In this document: one piece after another, positions 1 to 10,524 of the stretch
Layout of the letters: the number at the start of each line of letters is the position of its first letter
Position numbering within the stretch: position 1 is the stretch's first letter
Source: Candidatus Woesebacteria bacterium GW2011_GWA1_38_8
GTDB lineage: Bacteria > Patescibacteriota > Microgenomatia > UBA8517
NCBI GenBank assembly: GCA_000993025.1
Contig: LBVJ01000001.1
Location: 29,699 to 93,698 of the forward strand
Length of the DNA stretch: 64,000 nt
Direction of reading: 5' to 3'
The notes under the pieces: model-generated
The model's database searches: none
The model's input: the letters and a program-made list of their open reading frames with translations, nothing else
What the model was told of the DNA's origin: nothing
Made by a program: the position numbers and the translations under genes

Positions 1-1
1 A

Positions 2-244
2 ATAGGGCTTATTACAGGAAGTATTGTAGCATTAATTGTTGTTGGTGGAATTTTTATAGTAGAGATAGCTTCCTCATTAATCCAGATAGCAGGTTGGAAA
101 ATATTGAAAAAACCGATCTTGCCGTTAGCTCCTCTTCATCACAGCTTTTTAACCTGGGGGTGGGAAGAACCAAAGATCGTATTCAGGGCATGGCTTGTAG
201 GAATAGTGCTTGCGATATTTGGTCTGTGGCTTTCGGTAATCTAG
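2..244 (+). CDS. mraY: Phospho-N-acetylmuramoyl-pentapeptide transferase, 3' end (truncated by window)
   Basis: My translation from nt 2: ...VEIASSLIQI...PILPLAPLHHSFLTWGWEEPKIVFRAW...SVI*. This matches the MraY APLHH / GWxExKIVxR motif and lies directly upstream of ftsW. Confidence 0.9.
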   Translation: MGLITGSIVALIVVGGIFIVEIASSLIQIAGWKILKKPILPLAPLHHSFLTWGWEEPKIVFRAWLVGIVLAIFGLWLSVI

Positions 245-274
245 TGATCTCTACCGTACGGTGTTTACTCTTGT

Positions 275-1372
275 ATGAAAATTAAACGCTTCACTAAAAG
301 TATATATTTTGATAAAAAATTAACTATCCCAATACTCATGCTGCTATTTGTCGGATTCATTGCAATTCTTGATGTTTCGGCTCCTAAAGCGATGGAAACA
401 TTTTCAGACAGATTCTATTTTGCGAAACAACAAGGATTGTGGATAGTTATTGGGTTAGTATTTTATATAATATTTTCTTATTTACCATATAAATTATGGG
501 AAAAATATGCTCTGCACTTGTTGATAGTATCATTTATACTCCTTGTACTTGTTTTGATACCGCATTTTGGCATTGAGACCCTTGGAGCAAGAAGGTGGAT
601 AGACCTCGGTTTTTCCAGCATACAACCTTCAGAATTTGCCAAACTTGCACTTTGTATTTATGTCGCAAGGATCGCTTCATCAGGAAAGGGTATCGCTGCC
701 TATCTTTTTCCTATCGTTGTTATGGTCCTACTTATTATGGCACAACCCGATTTGGGAACGGTGATCACACTGCTTTTTATATTTTTCATGCAATTATTTG
801 TTTCGGGAATAAGTGTCAAGAGCGTACTTTTATATGTTTTATTGGGAATCATATTGTCTTTGATTCTAATATTCTCTTCCGACTATAGGAGGGATAGAGT
901 AACGTCATTTATGGATCCATTCGCAAAATATTCAGATACAAACTATCATATCAAACAAGTGCTTTATTCACTTGCGAATGGCGGTGTTAGTGGTGTGGGT
1001 ATAGGCCAGTCAAGACAAAAATATTTATTTTTACCGGAAGCGACAACTGATTCGATCTTTGCAATAATTGCCGAAGAAACGGGATTTGTCGGAGTATTTT
1101 TAATACTTGTTCTGTATTTTACAATATCTGCAAGACTTCTTAAATTGGCATCAGGATTAAATGGTACCTATGAAAAAGTCCTATCAATAGGAATATTTTC
1201 GTGGTTTACAGGACAAACATTTATTAATTTGGGTTCAATATCCTCCACCATCCCTTTTACGGGTGTTCCTTTGCCTTTTATTTCCTACGGCGGATCATCT
1301 CTTCTTTCACTATTGATCGCATTCGGAATATTTAATTCATTGATTATATTTAATAAAGAAACATGGGCATAA
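275..1372 (+). CDS. ftsW: SEDS peptidoglycan polymerase FtsW
   Basis: GARRWI, QPSEFAK, QPDLGT, LPEATTDSIF and GVPLPFISYGGSS motifs; located between mraY and murG. Confidence 0.9.
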   Translation: MKIKRFTKSIYFDKKLTIPILMLLFVGFIAILDVSAPKAMETFSDRFYFAKQQGLWIVIGLVFYIIFSYLPYKLWEKYALHLLIVSFILLVLVLIPHFGIETLGARRWIDLGFSSIQPSEFAKLALCIYVARIASSGKGIAAYLFPIVVMVLLIMAQPDLGTVITLLFIFFMQLFVSGISVKSVLLYVLLGIILSLILIFSSDYRRDRVTSFMDPFAKYSDTNYHIKQVLYSLANGGVSGVGIGQSRQKYLFLPEATTDSIFAIIAEETGFVGVFLILVLYFTISARLLKLASGLNGTYEKVLSIGIFSWFTGQTFINLGSISSTIPFTGVPLPFISYGGSSLLSLLIAFGIFNSLIIFNKETWA

Positions 1373-2520
1373 ATAATTTGTATTTTCGGAATGGACGCAA
1401 CGTTATTAAACCAATCGGAAACGAAATGGTCATTCTTTTAACAGGCGGACACGCCGGTTCGACCGCGTATTCATTGATCGAGAGAATAAAAAAATCCAAA
1501 CCTTTGTGGAGAGTTATTTTTGTAGGGGCAGGAAGTGCGTTTGAAGATAAGAAAGTTCCCACATTAGAGAGCGAATATTTTCCGAAGATCGGAGTTCAAT
1601 ACATACCGCTTACAAGCGGCAGGTTACAAAGAAAATATTCGATTTGGACGATTCCCTCGTTGATGAAAATACCTGTCGGTTTTTTTCAGGCATTTTATAT
1701 CTTGGTAAAAGTACACCCCAAGATCATTGTATCTTTTGGAGGTTTTACTGCTTTTCCTGTTGTAGTCATGGGAAAATTGTTAAATATACCTGTGATAATA
1801 CACGAACAGACTTGCGCTGCAGGAAGAGCTAATCATTTTTCTTCTTATTTTGCCAGTAAGATAGCACTAGCAAGAGAGGAGAGCAGGTCATATTTTAAAG
1901 GAAAAGATTGTGTAGTAATTGGAAATCCGATTTCGGAAGAGATAACTAAAACTAATAAAAAAAGTTCCGGAAAAAGACATTTCTCGATATTTATTACCGG
2001 AGGTTCGAGAGGATCTGTTGTAATTAATGAAAATATAAAACCTATATTAATTAAATTATTGCAAAAATATAGGATATATCATCAAACCGGAATGAGAAAC
2101 TATGAAGAGTTTCTAAATGTTAAGAAAAATATGGATGGAAAGTATAAAGACAAATACGAAGTATTCCCAACTACTGAGATGTGGAACTGGAGCCGTTATT
2201 TGGATCTTTCCGACATTATAGTATCCAGATCGGGTGCGAATATAGTATCAGAAATATTGTATCTTAATATTCCATCAATCTTGATACCGATCCCGTATTC
2301 CTTTCAAGATGAACAAAATAAAAATGCAAATTATGCAAAAAAGACGGGATTGGCGAAAGTTATAAAAGAAACCGAGCTCACACCCGATACGCTTTATAAA
2401 GAAATTCTTCTTGCTAGTAAGAATTGGAATACAATTGTTGAAAACGTAAAGCCTACTATGGTTGATGATGGGCGTGCTGCAGAAAAACTATTAAACCTGA
2501 TTCAAGAACAAATGAAATAG
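1363..2520 (+). CDS. murG: Lipid II GlcNAc transferase MurG (true start may be ATG 1426)
   Basis: TGGHAG, SFGGF, HEQT, GNPI, TGGSRGS, SRSGA and Q-x-x-NA motifs. Confidence 0.92.
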   Translation: MGINNLYFRNGRNVIKPIGNEMVILLTGGHAGSTAYSLIERIKKSKPLWRVIFVGAGSAFEDKKVPTLESEYFPKIGVQYIPLTSGRLQRKYSIWTIPSLMKIPVGFFQAFYILVKVHPKIIVSFGGFTAFPVVVMGKLLNIPVIIHEQTCAAGRANHFSSYFASKIALAREESRSYFKGKDCVVIGNPISEEITKTNKKSSGKRHFSIFITGGSRGSVVINENIKPILIKLLQKYRIYHQTGMRNYEEFLNVKKNMDGKYKDKYEVFPTTEMWNWSRYLDLSDIIVSRSGANIVSEILYLNIPSILIPIPYSFQDEQNKNANYAKKTGLAKVIKETELTPDTLYKEILLASKNWNTIVENVKPTMVDDGRAAEKLLNLIQEQMK

Positions 2521-2617
2521 GATTATGACCGTTAATCATATCAATGATCTCTCACATTTATTAATAAAAAATGAAGATATATAAATTACGGACAAGACTC
2601 AATGTAAATAATAAGGT

Positions 2618-3400
2618 ATGACCTTATCAAGAGAGAAGAAATATCGCATCCCGAGACGCTCGCGGGGAATTGGGCGGGTTTTACCCGGTCTTGGTTTTAA
2701 AATAAGCAGGTTGGGGATTTGGAAGATTTCGGGGATCTTTTTGGCGACTTTAATTATTTTTCTATTATTTAACTTAATTAAGATCAAAAGAGTAGGGTGT
2801 AAAAGTCAATTTACAAAGTGCAACTCAGCCATCATTAACGATCTGGCACATATTAATGATCAAAATATTATAAACACATATCGGGAAGTGAAAAATACCA
2901 TAGATGATAATATTTTGATAAATTCTTATTATATTCATTTTGATCTTAGGGGGGACCTAATTGTTTATGTAAATGAAAGGATTCCGGAACATTGTTTGAA
3001 CGGATCAAATGAAACTTATTACTTTGATGATGACTTTCTTGTATTAAAGATATCGGATGGGCAAGGTGAAAAATGTGTGAATAATCCAAATTCATCTTAT
3101 GAAGTGGGCGATCATCTGGAAAACAATGATAAATTTGCACACAGTTTATTTTCAAGAATTGCCAACATAACCCATATTGGGAGTTTCAAATACGAACACA
3201 ATTATCTGACGGTTGAATATTATGAAGGAATTAAGCTACTATTTCCTTTAGAAGGAAATTCTGAAGTATTGTCTGCAAGGGTCTATTATGTAGTGACACA
3301 GTTTGATAAAATAAAAAGAGGACTATTAGAAGATGGTATTTCTAAGGTTTCGGAAATTGATTTTAGGTATGATGGACCTGTTATGAGATATCAAGTCTGA
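2618..3400 (+). CDS. Divergent FtsQ/DivIB-like cell division protein
   Basis: Basic N-tail, single TM helix, VNERIP and C-terminal IDFRY motif; immediately upstream of ftsA. Confidence 0.7.
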   Translation: MTLSREKKYRIPRRSRGIGRVLPGLGFKISRLGIWKISGIFLATLIIFLLFNLIKIKRVGCKSQFTKCNSAIINDLAHINDQNIINTYREVKNTIDDNILINSYYIHFDLRGDLIVYVNERIPEHCLNGSNETYYFDDDFLVLKISDGQGEKCVNNPNSSYEVGDHLENNDKFAHSLFSRIANITHIGSFKYEHNYLTVEYYEGIKLLFPLEGNSEVLSARVYYVVTQFDKIKRGLLEDGISKVSEIDFRYDGPVMRYQV

Positions 3401-3479
3401 GATATTCAAAATCTCATTATCTTCGGGATCTGGAATTGATAGCCGGTTTTAGAAGTTTTTTTGTAAAATATTTAGATAT

Positions 3480-4760
3480 ATGATGAAATCGAAAACAAGA
3501 ACAATTGCCGCTATAGATATAGGTTCGGAGAAAGTTACAACATTAATCGCAAATTTGCAAACAGAGCTTTCGGACATGTCGACAACAATTAATGTTACGG
3601 GTGTATCCGCAAGCGAATCCGGTGAGGGACGGGGTATAAAAAAGGGACAAATCGTAAATTTGGAGGAGGCAATCGAGGTTGTAATCGAATCTGTTGAATC
3701 TGCGGAAAGAATGGCGGGGTATAACATAACAAAAGCTTTTGTTTCGCTAGGTGGTGCTCATATTTCTTCTATAAATTCTCACGGTGTTGTTGCTATATCC
3801 AATCCGGAAGGGGAGATAACCCATGACGATGTCAATAGAGTTATAGAAGCAGCTTCGGCAGTAAATTTACCGGCAACGCGGGTTTTGGTGCATGTGCTTC
3901 CTCGTGAATATATTGTAGATGGTGAAAACGGCATTAAAGATCCGCTGCGGATGGAGGGGGTAAGACTGGAAGCCGAAGCGCATTTGATAACCGCATCTGC
4001 GTCGGCTGTAAAGAACATTGAAAAAGTACTGGATGAGGCCGGTATCAAAATTGAAGACTTTGTTTACTCCGGTATTGCCGCGTCCGATGCCGTACTTTCC
4101 AAAACTGAAAAAGAGTTGGGTTGCGTACTTTTAGATATCGGCGGAGGGACGACGTCGATCGCAGTTTATGAAGAAGGATCTATTAATTATTCCTATGTTT
4201 TACCAATTGGTTCCAGAAATGTAACAAAAGATCTGGCAACAGGTTTGAGAGTGTCTTTGGAATCGGCGGAAAAAATTAAATTATCCCTGCACACCAGCGA
4301 TAAAAGAGCAGGTATAGACAGTGATGATCAGATAGATCTTACAAAATACGGAATTGACGAAGATAAAAGAGTTTCACGAAAGACTGTCGTAGAGGGAATT
4401 ATCCGGCCGCGTCTGAATGAGATTTTTTCTATGGTAAAAGTCCAACTTGAAAAGGAAAAATTAATAAATAAAGTTCCTTCCGGTGTTATTATTACGGGCG
4501 GCGGAGCACAAGTTTTTGGCGTTGAGGAATCAGGAAAAAGGATGCTATCTTTACCTGTGCGCATCGGAAAACCAAGAGGTGTTCAGGGGTTGGTGGACGA
4601 GATAATGAATCCATCATTCTCGGTCCCGATTGGTCTTCTTATTAATGCTTCGAAAAAAGAATCTAAAGACCACTTGACAGGAACAACAAAAAGATTGAAA
4701 CTACCCACAATACGGTTTGGCGGTAAATTATCGAAGATATTTAAAGATCTTTTGCCGTAA
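3480..4760 (+). CDS. ftsA: Cell division protein FtsA
   Basis: IDIGSEKV, GIKKGQIVN, DIGGGTT and ITGGGA motifs. Confidence 0.96.
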   Translation: MMKSKTRTIAAIDIGSEKVTTLIANLQTELSDMSTTINVTGVSASESGEGRGIKKGQIVNLEEAIEVVIESVESAERMAGYNITKAFVSLGGAHISSINSHGVVAISNPEGEITHDDVNRVIEAASAVNLPATRVLVHVLPREYIVDGENGIKDPLRMEGVRLEAEAHLITASASAVKNIEKVLDEAGIKIEDFVYSGIAASDAVLSKTEKELGCVLLDIGGGTTSIAVYEEGSINYSYVLPIGSRNVTKDLATGLRVSLESAEKIKLSLHTSDKRAGIDSDDQIDLTKYGIDEDKRVSRKTVVEGIIRPRLNEIFSMVKVQLEKEKLINKVPSGVIITGGGAQVFGVEESGKRMLSLPVRIGKPRGVQGLVDEIMNPSFSVPIGLLINASKKESKDHLTGTTKRLKLPTIRFGGKLSKIFKDLLP

Positions 4761-4874
4761 CAAGTTATAAAGTGATTAAGCGGTTTAGAGATTCAGTAAA
4801 TAAGTAATCATTAATATTGTCCTTCTGCCTTGTTTTTATCTTCTGCCTAATATACAATCTGCCTTGAGTAAAAT

Positions 4875-6023
4875 ATGGCATTGGTAAAACCCGATTCAGG
4901 TAGAATAGCGAAAATCAAAGTAATCGGCGTGGGCGGTGGGGGAGGAAATGCAGTTTCCTCGATGGTGGATGGTGGAAATATAAATGGGGTTGAATTTATC
5001 GTTGTAAATACGGATGCTCAAGTACTATTAGCTAATAAAGCTCCTACAAAACTTCAGATAGGTGAAAAGATAACGAAAGGTTTAGGTGTCGGTGGTGATC
5101 CGTCAATTGGAACACAAGCGGCGGAAGAATCTCAGGAAAAATTGAATGAGCTGATGTTAGATTCTGATATGGTATTTATCACGGCAGGTATGGGTGGAGG
5201 AACGGGAACGGGAGCCGCCCCTGTTATTGCCAAGATGTCAAAAGAAAGCGGGGCTTTAACCGTAGCTGTTGTGACAAGACCATTCCATTTTGAGGGTACA
5301 AGAAGGTCGGTTGTTGCCGATGACGGTATAGAAAAACTCAGAAAAGAAGTCGATACATTGATTGTAATTCCGAACCAGAGACTTATGGATGTCATTGATA
5401 GAAAAATGACATTGGTCGAGGCATTTAAGGTAGTTGATTCGGTTTTAGCTCAAGCTGTAGGTGGAATATCGGAAATAATTACGACCCCCGGACTTGTAAA
5501 TGTTGATTTTGCGGATGTAAAAACTATTATGAAAGACGCCGGATCGGCTCTTTTGGGGATCGGAACAGGTGTTGGTGAAAACAGGGCACAAATGGCCGCT
5601 CGGGCAGCGGTCGCATCACCGCTTCTTGACCTGTCTATAGAGGGTGCTACAGGAGTACTTTTTAACATAACGGGCGGGCCTGACCTTACAATGTTTGAGG
5701 TGGATGAAGCTGCCAGAATCATTTCATCTGCCGCTGAACCTGATGCAAATATAATATTTGGTTCCGTTATTAAAAATGATATGACAGATCAGGTAAGAAT
5801 TACTGTAGTTGCAACCGGTTTCGATGAAGCAAAGTCTAAACTTGCAAAGATGAGTCAAAAAGTCGAGCCGCAAATACAGGGGGTTGTTGGTGAGAAGAGC
5901 ATTGAGCAGGAACAAAAAGTGTATGAAAATGCTGAGAGCGAACAGGATTTTGAAGAAGAAGATGACGAATTCGGAAAAAAATTTGAAATACCGGCTTTCC
6001 TTCGTAAAATGAAACACCAGTAA
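4875..6023 (+). CDS. ftsZ: Cell division GTPase FtsZ
   Basis: GVGGGGGNA, GMGGGTGTG, NVDFAD and C-terminal EIPAFLR. Confidence 0.98.
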   Translation: MALVKPDSGRIAKIKVIGVGGGGGNAVSSMVDGGNINGVEFIVVNTDAQVLLANKAPTKLQIGEKITKGLGVGGDPSIGTQAAEESQEKLNELMLDSDMVFITAGMGGGTGTGAAPVIAKMSKESGALTVAVVTRPFHFEGTRRSVVADDGIEKLRKEVDTLIVIPNQRLMDVIDRKMTLVEAFKVVDSVLAQAVGGISEIITTPGLVNVDFADVKTIMKDAGSALLGIGTGVGENRAQMAARAAVASPLLDLSIEGATGVLFNITGGPDLTMFEVDEAARIISSAAEPDANIIFGSVIKNDMTDQVRITVVATGFDEAKSKLAKMSQKVEPQIQGVVGEKSIEQEQKVYENAESEQDFEEEDDEFGKKFEIPAFLRKMKHQ

Positions 6024-6128
6024 GACATAAGTGATTAAGCGACTAAGCGAATAAGTAAGCAAGCAACAAATTAACCATTTAATCTCCCCTTCTTCAAATA
6101 CTTTAGGTAATATTGTAAAATTCTTAAC

Positions 6129-9065
6129 ATGGACAATAAAAAACCCTTTTATGACCCCGTTGATTCGAAAGTGAATTTTGTAGAACAGGAAAAACAACTT
6201 TTAAAGAACTGGTATGAAAAAGGGGTTGTAAAAAAGTATCTGGAAAAAAATAGTACTTCAGAAAAATACTTCTCATTTTTAGACGGGCCAATTACAGCAA
6301 ACAATCCGATGGGAGTTCACCATGCATGGGGAAGAACGTATAAAGACATCTGGCAGAGATATAAAAATATGAGGGGGTTTAAACAGAGATTTCAAAACGG
6401 TTTTGACTGTCAGGGATTATGGGTTGAAGTGGAGGTAGAAAAAGAACTTGGTTTTACGAATAAAAAAGATATCGATAAATATGGAGTTGCCGAATTTATT
6501 CAAAAATGCAAAGACCGTGTAAACAAGTATTCATCCATTCAAACCGATCAAAGTAAGAGGCTCGGGAACTTTATGGATTGGGATAACTCTTATTTCACGA
6601 TGAGTGATGAAAATAATTATATGATCTGGCATTTTTTAAAGGTCTGCTACGAAAAAAAGTTAATCTATAAAGGGAACGACGTTGTTCCTTGGTGTTACCG
6701 CTGTGAAACTGCGATATCTGAGCACGAAATTTTGACCGAAGATTATAAAGATGTTGAACATGCATCGATATATTTTTGTCTTCCTCTGAAAGACCGCGAT
6801 AATGAATATCTGCTTGTTTGGACAACTACTCCATGGACGATCCCTGCCAATATCGCTGTATCCGTTGATGGAAAAGGCGACTATTCACTAATTGAATTTG
6901 ACGGAAAGAAATATTGGATAATGGAAGCTTTAAAAACTGCAGTGTTTAAAGAGGGGGGAACTGTTATTAGAACGGTTAAAGGTAGCGAACTTGTCGGGCT
7001 TAAGTACACATCTGCTTTTGATGAACTTCCTTCAAATCAAGCATTTATGAATGATAAATTATTTCATACGGTTGTCTCCACAGATGCGATGATTATGCCG
7101 ATATCGGCAGAAGAAGGAACGGGGTTGGTGCACACTTCAACAGGAACCGGAGGAGAAGATCACAAACTCGGTAAGAAATTAGGACTTCCTGTTATGCCGG
7201 CAATCACTGACAGCGCGGATTACCTTGATGATTTTGGATCATTTGCAGGACAGAATGCAAAAAAGCATCCCGAATTGATAATTGATCACTTAAAAAGTCA
7301 TAACGGTGGAGATTTTCTATTTAAACTTCATCCGTACAAACACCGCTATCCCGCGTGCTGGAGATGTAAGAGCGAACTTGTCTGGAAACTTACCGATGAA
7401 TGGTATATCGCGATTGATCCTGTGAGAGAAGACATGAAAAATTTAGCAAAAAAAATAAAATGGATACCATCTTTTGGATTAAAAAGAGAGTTGGACTGGC
7501 TTTCGAATATGCATGATTGGCTTATCTCCAAAAAAAATCGGTATTGGGGTTTGGCTCTTCCTATTTGGGAATGCGATTGCGGACATTTTGAAGTAATAGG
7601 GGGATATGATGAATTGAAGAAAAAAGGGATCGAAGGATGGGAAATATTTGAAGGACATACTCCGCACAAACCTTATATAGATAAGGTTAAGATAAAATGC
7701 GAAAAATGTGGAGAATTGATGTCCAGGGTTTCTGATGTTGGAAACCCATGGCTCGATGCGGGGATAGTTCCATTTTCGACGGTTTCTAAAGATAACAGAT
7801 CAGATCCATTATACACCAGCAACAAAGAAGAATTTAAGAAATGGTTCCCTACCGATTTTATTACCGAAAGTTTTCCCGGACAATTTAAAAATTGGTTCTA
7901 CTCGGTACTTGCAATGAGTGCGATCCTTGAAAATGAGATTCCTTATAAAACAGTACTGGGATTCGGAACAGCCCTTGCTGAAGACGGAAGGCCTATGCAT
8001 AAGAGTTGGGGGAACTCAATAGAATTTAATGAAGCCTCAGAAAAAATTGGCGTTGATGTGATGAGGTGGATCTATTGCAAGCAAAATCCTGCTGATAATT
8101 TGCTTTTCGGATACAAAACTGCCGATGAAACCAGAAGGAGTTTTCATCTGATGCTTTGGAATATTTATAACTTTTTTGTGACTTACGCAAATCTTGACGC
8201 CTGGAAGTTCGATGATAAGAAAAGGGTGAATTTTGAAAATCTACTTGATGCTTGGATACTCGCGCGCTTAATTGAGGCTGTAGACGTTGTTACAAGCAGT
8301 CTTGAAAAATATGACGCAAAGACAGCGGTTGAAGGAATCGAATTTTTCGTTTCCGATATATCCTTATGGTATATCAGAAGATCCAGAGAGCGGGTAGGAG
8401 TCAGTGCTGAAAATGGCGCTGATAAAGACAATTTTTATGCTGTTTCACGGTTAATATTGGTAAATTTATGTAGAATTATGGCTCCGTTTACGCCGTTTTT
8501 GGCAGACGCTATATTTACAAATCTTACTAAATTACCGTCAGTTCATTTGACCGATTGGGTTGACGATGGTGAATTAAAAAGCTGGAAAGAAGATTTAGGC
8601 GGAGATGGGGCTATTGGAATATTGGTTAGGGAAATGGATCATATAAGACAGGTCGTTGAAATGGGGCATTCCTTAAGAAAAGATAAAAACATACCCGTAA
8701 GACAGCCACTTTCCGAAATCATAGTATATTCAGATCAAGATGTTAACTCAAGATTATACGATCTTATCTCCGCTGAGTTGAATGTTAAAAAAGTTTTATG
8801 GATCAAATCAAAGGAATTCAAAGTTGGGTTGAATACGATTATCTCTCCCGAACTTGAGGAAGAAGCGAGGACGAGAGAACTTATCAGAAAGATCCAAAAC
8901 GAAAGAAAGCAAAGCGGTGTTGATCTATCAGACATGATCAATGTAAAAAGCGAATGGCTGCCGGAAAATAAAGAACTTCTAAATCTTATAAAAAGAAAGA
9001 CACTTGCTGATAATATTCAAATATCCGGTTCGTTCGGAATAGAAAAAATTAAATTGAAAAAGTGA
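6129..9065 (+). CDS. ileS: Isoleucyl-tRNA synthetase, type 2-like
   Basis: DGPITAN, GFDCQGL, WTTTPWT editing motif, DWLIS, YWG, WYIRRSR and IPVRQPL; no C-terminal zinc finger; HIGH/KMSKS appear as GVHH/PMHKS. Confidence 0.93.
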   Translation: MDNKKPFYDPVDSKVNFVEQEKQLLKNWYEKGVVKKYLEKNSTSEKYFSFLDGPITANNPMGVHHAWGRTYKDIWQRYKNMRGFKQRFQNGFDCQGLWVEVEVEKELGFTNKKDIDKYGVAEFIQKCKDRVNKYSSIQTDQSKRLGNFMDWDNSYFTMSDENNYMIWHFLKVCYEKKLIYKGNDVVPWCYRCETAISEHEILTEDYKDVEHASIYFCLPLKDRDNEYLLVWTTTPWTIPANIAVSVDGKGDYSLIEFDGKKYWIMEALKTAVFKEGGTVIRTVKGSELVGLKYTSAFDELPSNQAFMNDKLFHTVVSTDAMIMPISAEEGTGLVHTSTGTGGEDHKLGKKLGLPVMPAITDSADYLDDFGSFAGQNAKKHPELIIDHLKSHNGGDFLFKLHPYKHRYPACWRCKSELVWKLTDEWYIAIDPVREDMKNLAKKIKWIPSFGLKRELDWLSNMHDWLISKKNRYWGLALPIWECDCGHFEVIGGYDELKKKGIEGWEIFEGHTPHKPYIDKVKIKCEKCGELMSRVSDVGNPWLDAGIVPFSTVSKDNRSDPLYTSNKEEFKKWFPTDFITESFPGQFKNWFYSVLAMSAILENEIPYKTVLGFGTALAEDGRPMHKSWGNSIEFNEASEKIGVDVMRWIYCKQNPADNLLFGYKTADETRRSFHLMLWNIYNFFVTYANLDAWKFDDKKRVNFENLLDAWILARLIEAVDVVTSSLEKYDAKTAVEGIEFFVSDISLWYIRRSRERVGVSAENGADKDNFYAVSRLILVNLCRIMAPFTPFLADAIFTNLTKLPSVHLTDWVDDGELKSWKEDLGGDGAIGILVREMDHIRQVVEMGHSLRKDKNIPVRQPLSEIIVYSDQDVNSRLYDLISAELNVKKVLWIKSKEFKVGLNTIISPELEEEARTRELIRKIQNERKQSGVDLSDMINVKSEWLPENKELLNLIKRKTLADNIQISGSFGIEKIKLKK

Positions 9066-10114
9066 AACTATTATTTGAACCTCTGGTTAAAGAACCTGTT
9101 ATAACTATTTGTACATTTTTGCTACTGCTTGTAAGTCTTTTTATACTAAATTCACTTTCACCGGATATATTTCCTCAATATTATCTATATGTAATTTTAT
9201 CGATTCTTTTCTTTTACATAATATATTATATAGGGTTTGATGTAGTTGTATTTTTCTCTCCCTATTTATATATAATTTCGTTGCTCCTGCTTATTTTGAC
9301 GTTGATATTAGGTGAAGTTACCCGTGGAACTATACGCTGGATACCTATTGGGGGATTGTCATTCCAGCCTTCTGAAGTAGTAAGGCCCTTTTTACTTCTA
9401 TTTTTTGCCAAAATGCTGATTGTATTTCGCGGTAAATTTAAAGATATAGGATTTATGATCATATTGGGATTAATACCTGTAATTTTAATAGCTATTCAAC
9501 CTTCGTTTGGTGTTTCACTAATAACTTTTTTAGGGTTTTTTGCGATGTTTTTTACAAAAGTATTTAAATTAAAATATTTGCTTCTTTTTGCAATGCTTTT
9601 TGGAATGATAATGCCTACAACCTGGTACTACCTCAAGCCATATCAGAAAGAAAGAATTATGAGCTTTGTCGAATATAATAATGATCCGAAGGGTTCAGGT
9701 TATAACACAATTCAATCGATCATATCTGTAGGTTCCGGCGGGATATTTGGAAGAGGCTTTAAGAAAGGTTTTCAAACCCAGCTGAAATATTTACCTGAAA
9801 AACATACGGATTTTATTTTTGCAGGTATATCGGAGGAGCTGGGGTTTTTGGGATCCGTTGCGGTTCTGGTATTCCTGTTTACTCTATTTTACCGAATAGC
9901 AACAATCGTTTCAGAAACACAAAATGAAATTTATTTGTACTTTGGTATAGGCACTATATCCATATTATTATTTGAGTCACTTATCAATATCGGAATGAAT
10001 TTGGGGTTGCTGCCGATCACCGGACTTCCCCTGCCGCTTGTATCTGCCGGAGGATCTTCTTTAATGTCTACATTTTTGAGTCTGGGGTTAATTGTAAGCG
10101 GCAGCAAAAAGTAA
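9062..10114 (+). CDS. rodA: SEDS protein RodA
   Basis: RWI, QPSE, YQKERI, DPKGSGYN, LPEKHTDFIF and GLPLPLVSAGGSS. Confidence 0.88.
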   Translation: MKLLFEPLVKEPVITICTFLLLLVSLFILNSLSPDIFPQYYLYVILSILFFYIIYYIGFDVVVFFSPYLYIISLLLLILTLILGEVTRGTIRWIPIGGLSFQPSEVVRPFLLLFFAKMLIVFRGKFKDIGFMIILGLIPVILIAIQPSFGVSLITFLGFFAMFFTKVFKLKYLLLFAMLFGMIMPTTWYYLKPYQKERIMSFVEYNNDPKGSGYNTIQSIISVGSGGIFGRGFKKGFQTQLKYLPEKHTDFIFAGISEELGFLGSVAVLVFLFTLFYRIATIVSETQNEIYLYFGIGTISILLFESLINIGMNLGLLPITGLPLPLVSAGGSSLMSTFLSLGLIVSGSKK

Positions 10115-10156
10115 GCACTTGAGTTAATCACGGTTTACGGTTAAAATAGCAATGTT

Positions 10157-10459
10157 ATGGTCAAATACGCAGTTATAAAAATTAAAGGAAAGCAGTACAG
10201 AGTGTCCGAGGGAGACAAAATTGTTGTTGATAGAGCTAAGGATGAGCTCAATGAAAACACTTTACTATTAAGAGACGATGAGAAACTTATGATTGGTAAG
10301 CCTTATCTTGATAAGGTGAAGGTTGTTCTTAGTAAAATTAAAGATTTTCGAGGGAAGAAGATCGAAGTATTCAAATATAAAGCAAAATCAAGGTACCGCA
10401 AACATTCAGGTTTCAGAGCTGAACTTACCGAACTTTCTGTTGAAAAGATAACCTCCTAA
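10157..10459 (+). CDS. rplU: 50S ribosomal protein L21
   Basis: YAVIKIKGKQYRVSEGD and FKYKAKSRYRKHSGFR; upstream of rpmA. Confidence 0.95.
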   Translation: MVKYAVIKIKGKQYRVSEGDKIVVDRAKDELNENTLLLRDDEKLMIGKPYLDKVKVVLSKIKDFRGKKIEVFKYKAKSRYRKHSGFRAELTELSVEKITS

Positions 10460-10489
10460 CTATATAAATATATATCAATATATAAACTC

Positions 10490-10518
10490 TTGACTTTCGT
10501 GAAAATATTAACTATAGT
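10490..10518 (+). promoter_or_regulatory. Sigma70-type promoter, leaderless spacing to rpmA
   Basis: TTGACT-17 nt-TATAGT, ending 6 nt before ATG 10525. Confidence 0.65.
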
Positions 10519-10524
10519 GAATTT

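Noticed and set aside
94-285. 63-aa ORF in the track
   Set aside because: Out-of-frame shadow of the mraY 3' end.
4371-4384. parS-like GTTTCACG half-sites (also near 8441)
   Set aside because: Only half of the palindrome is present, and both lie inside coding sequence.
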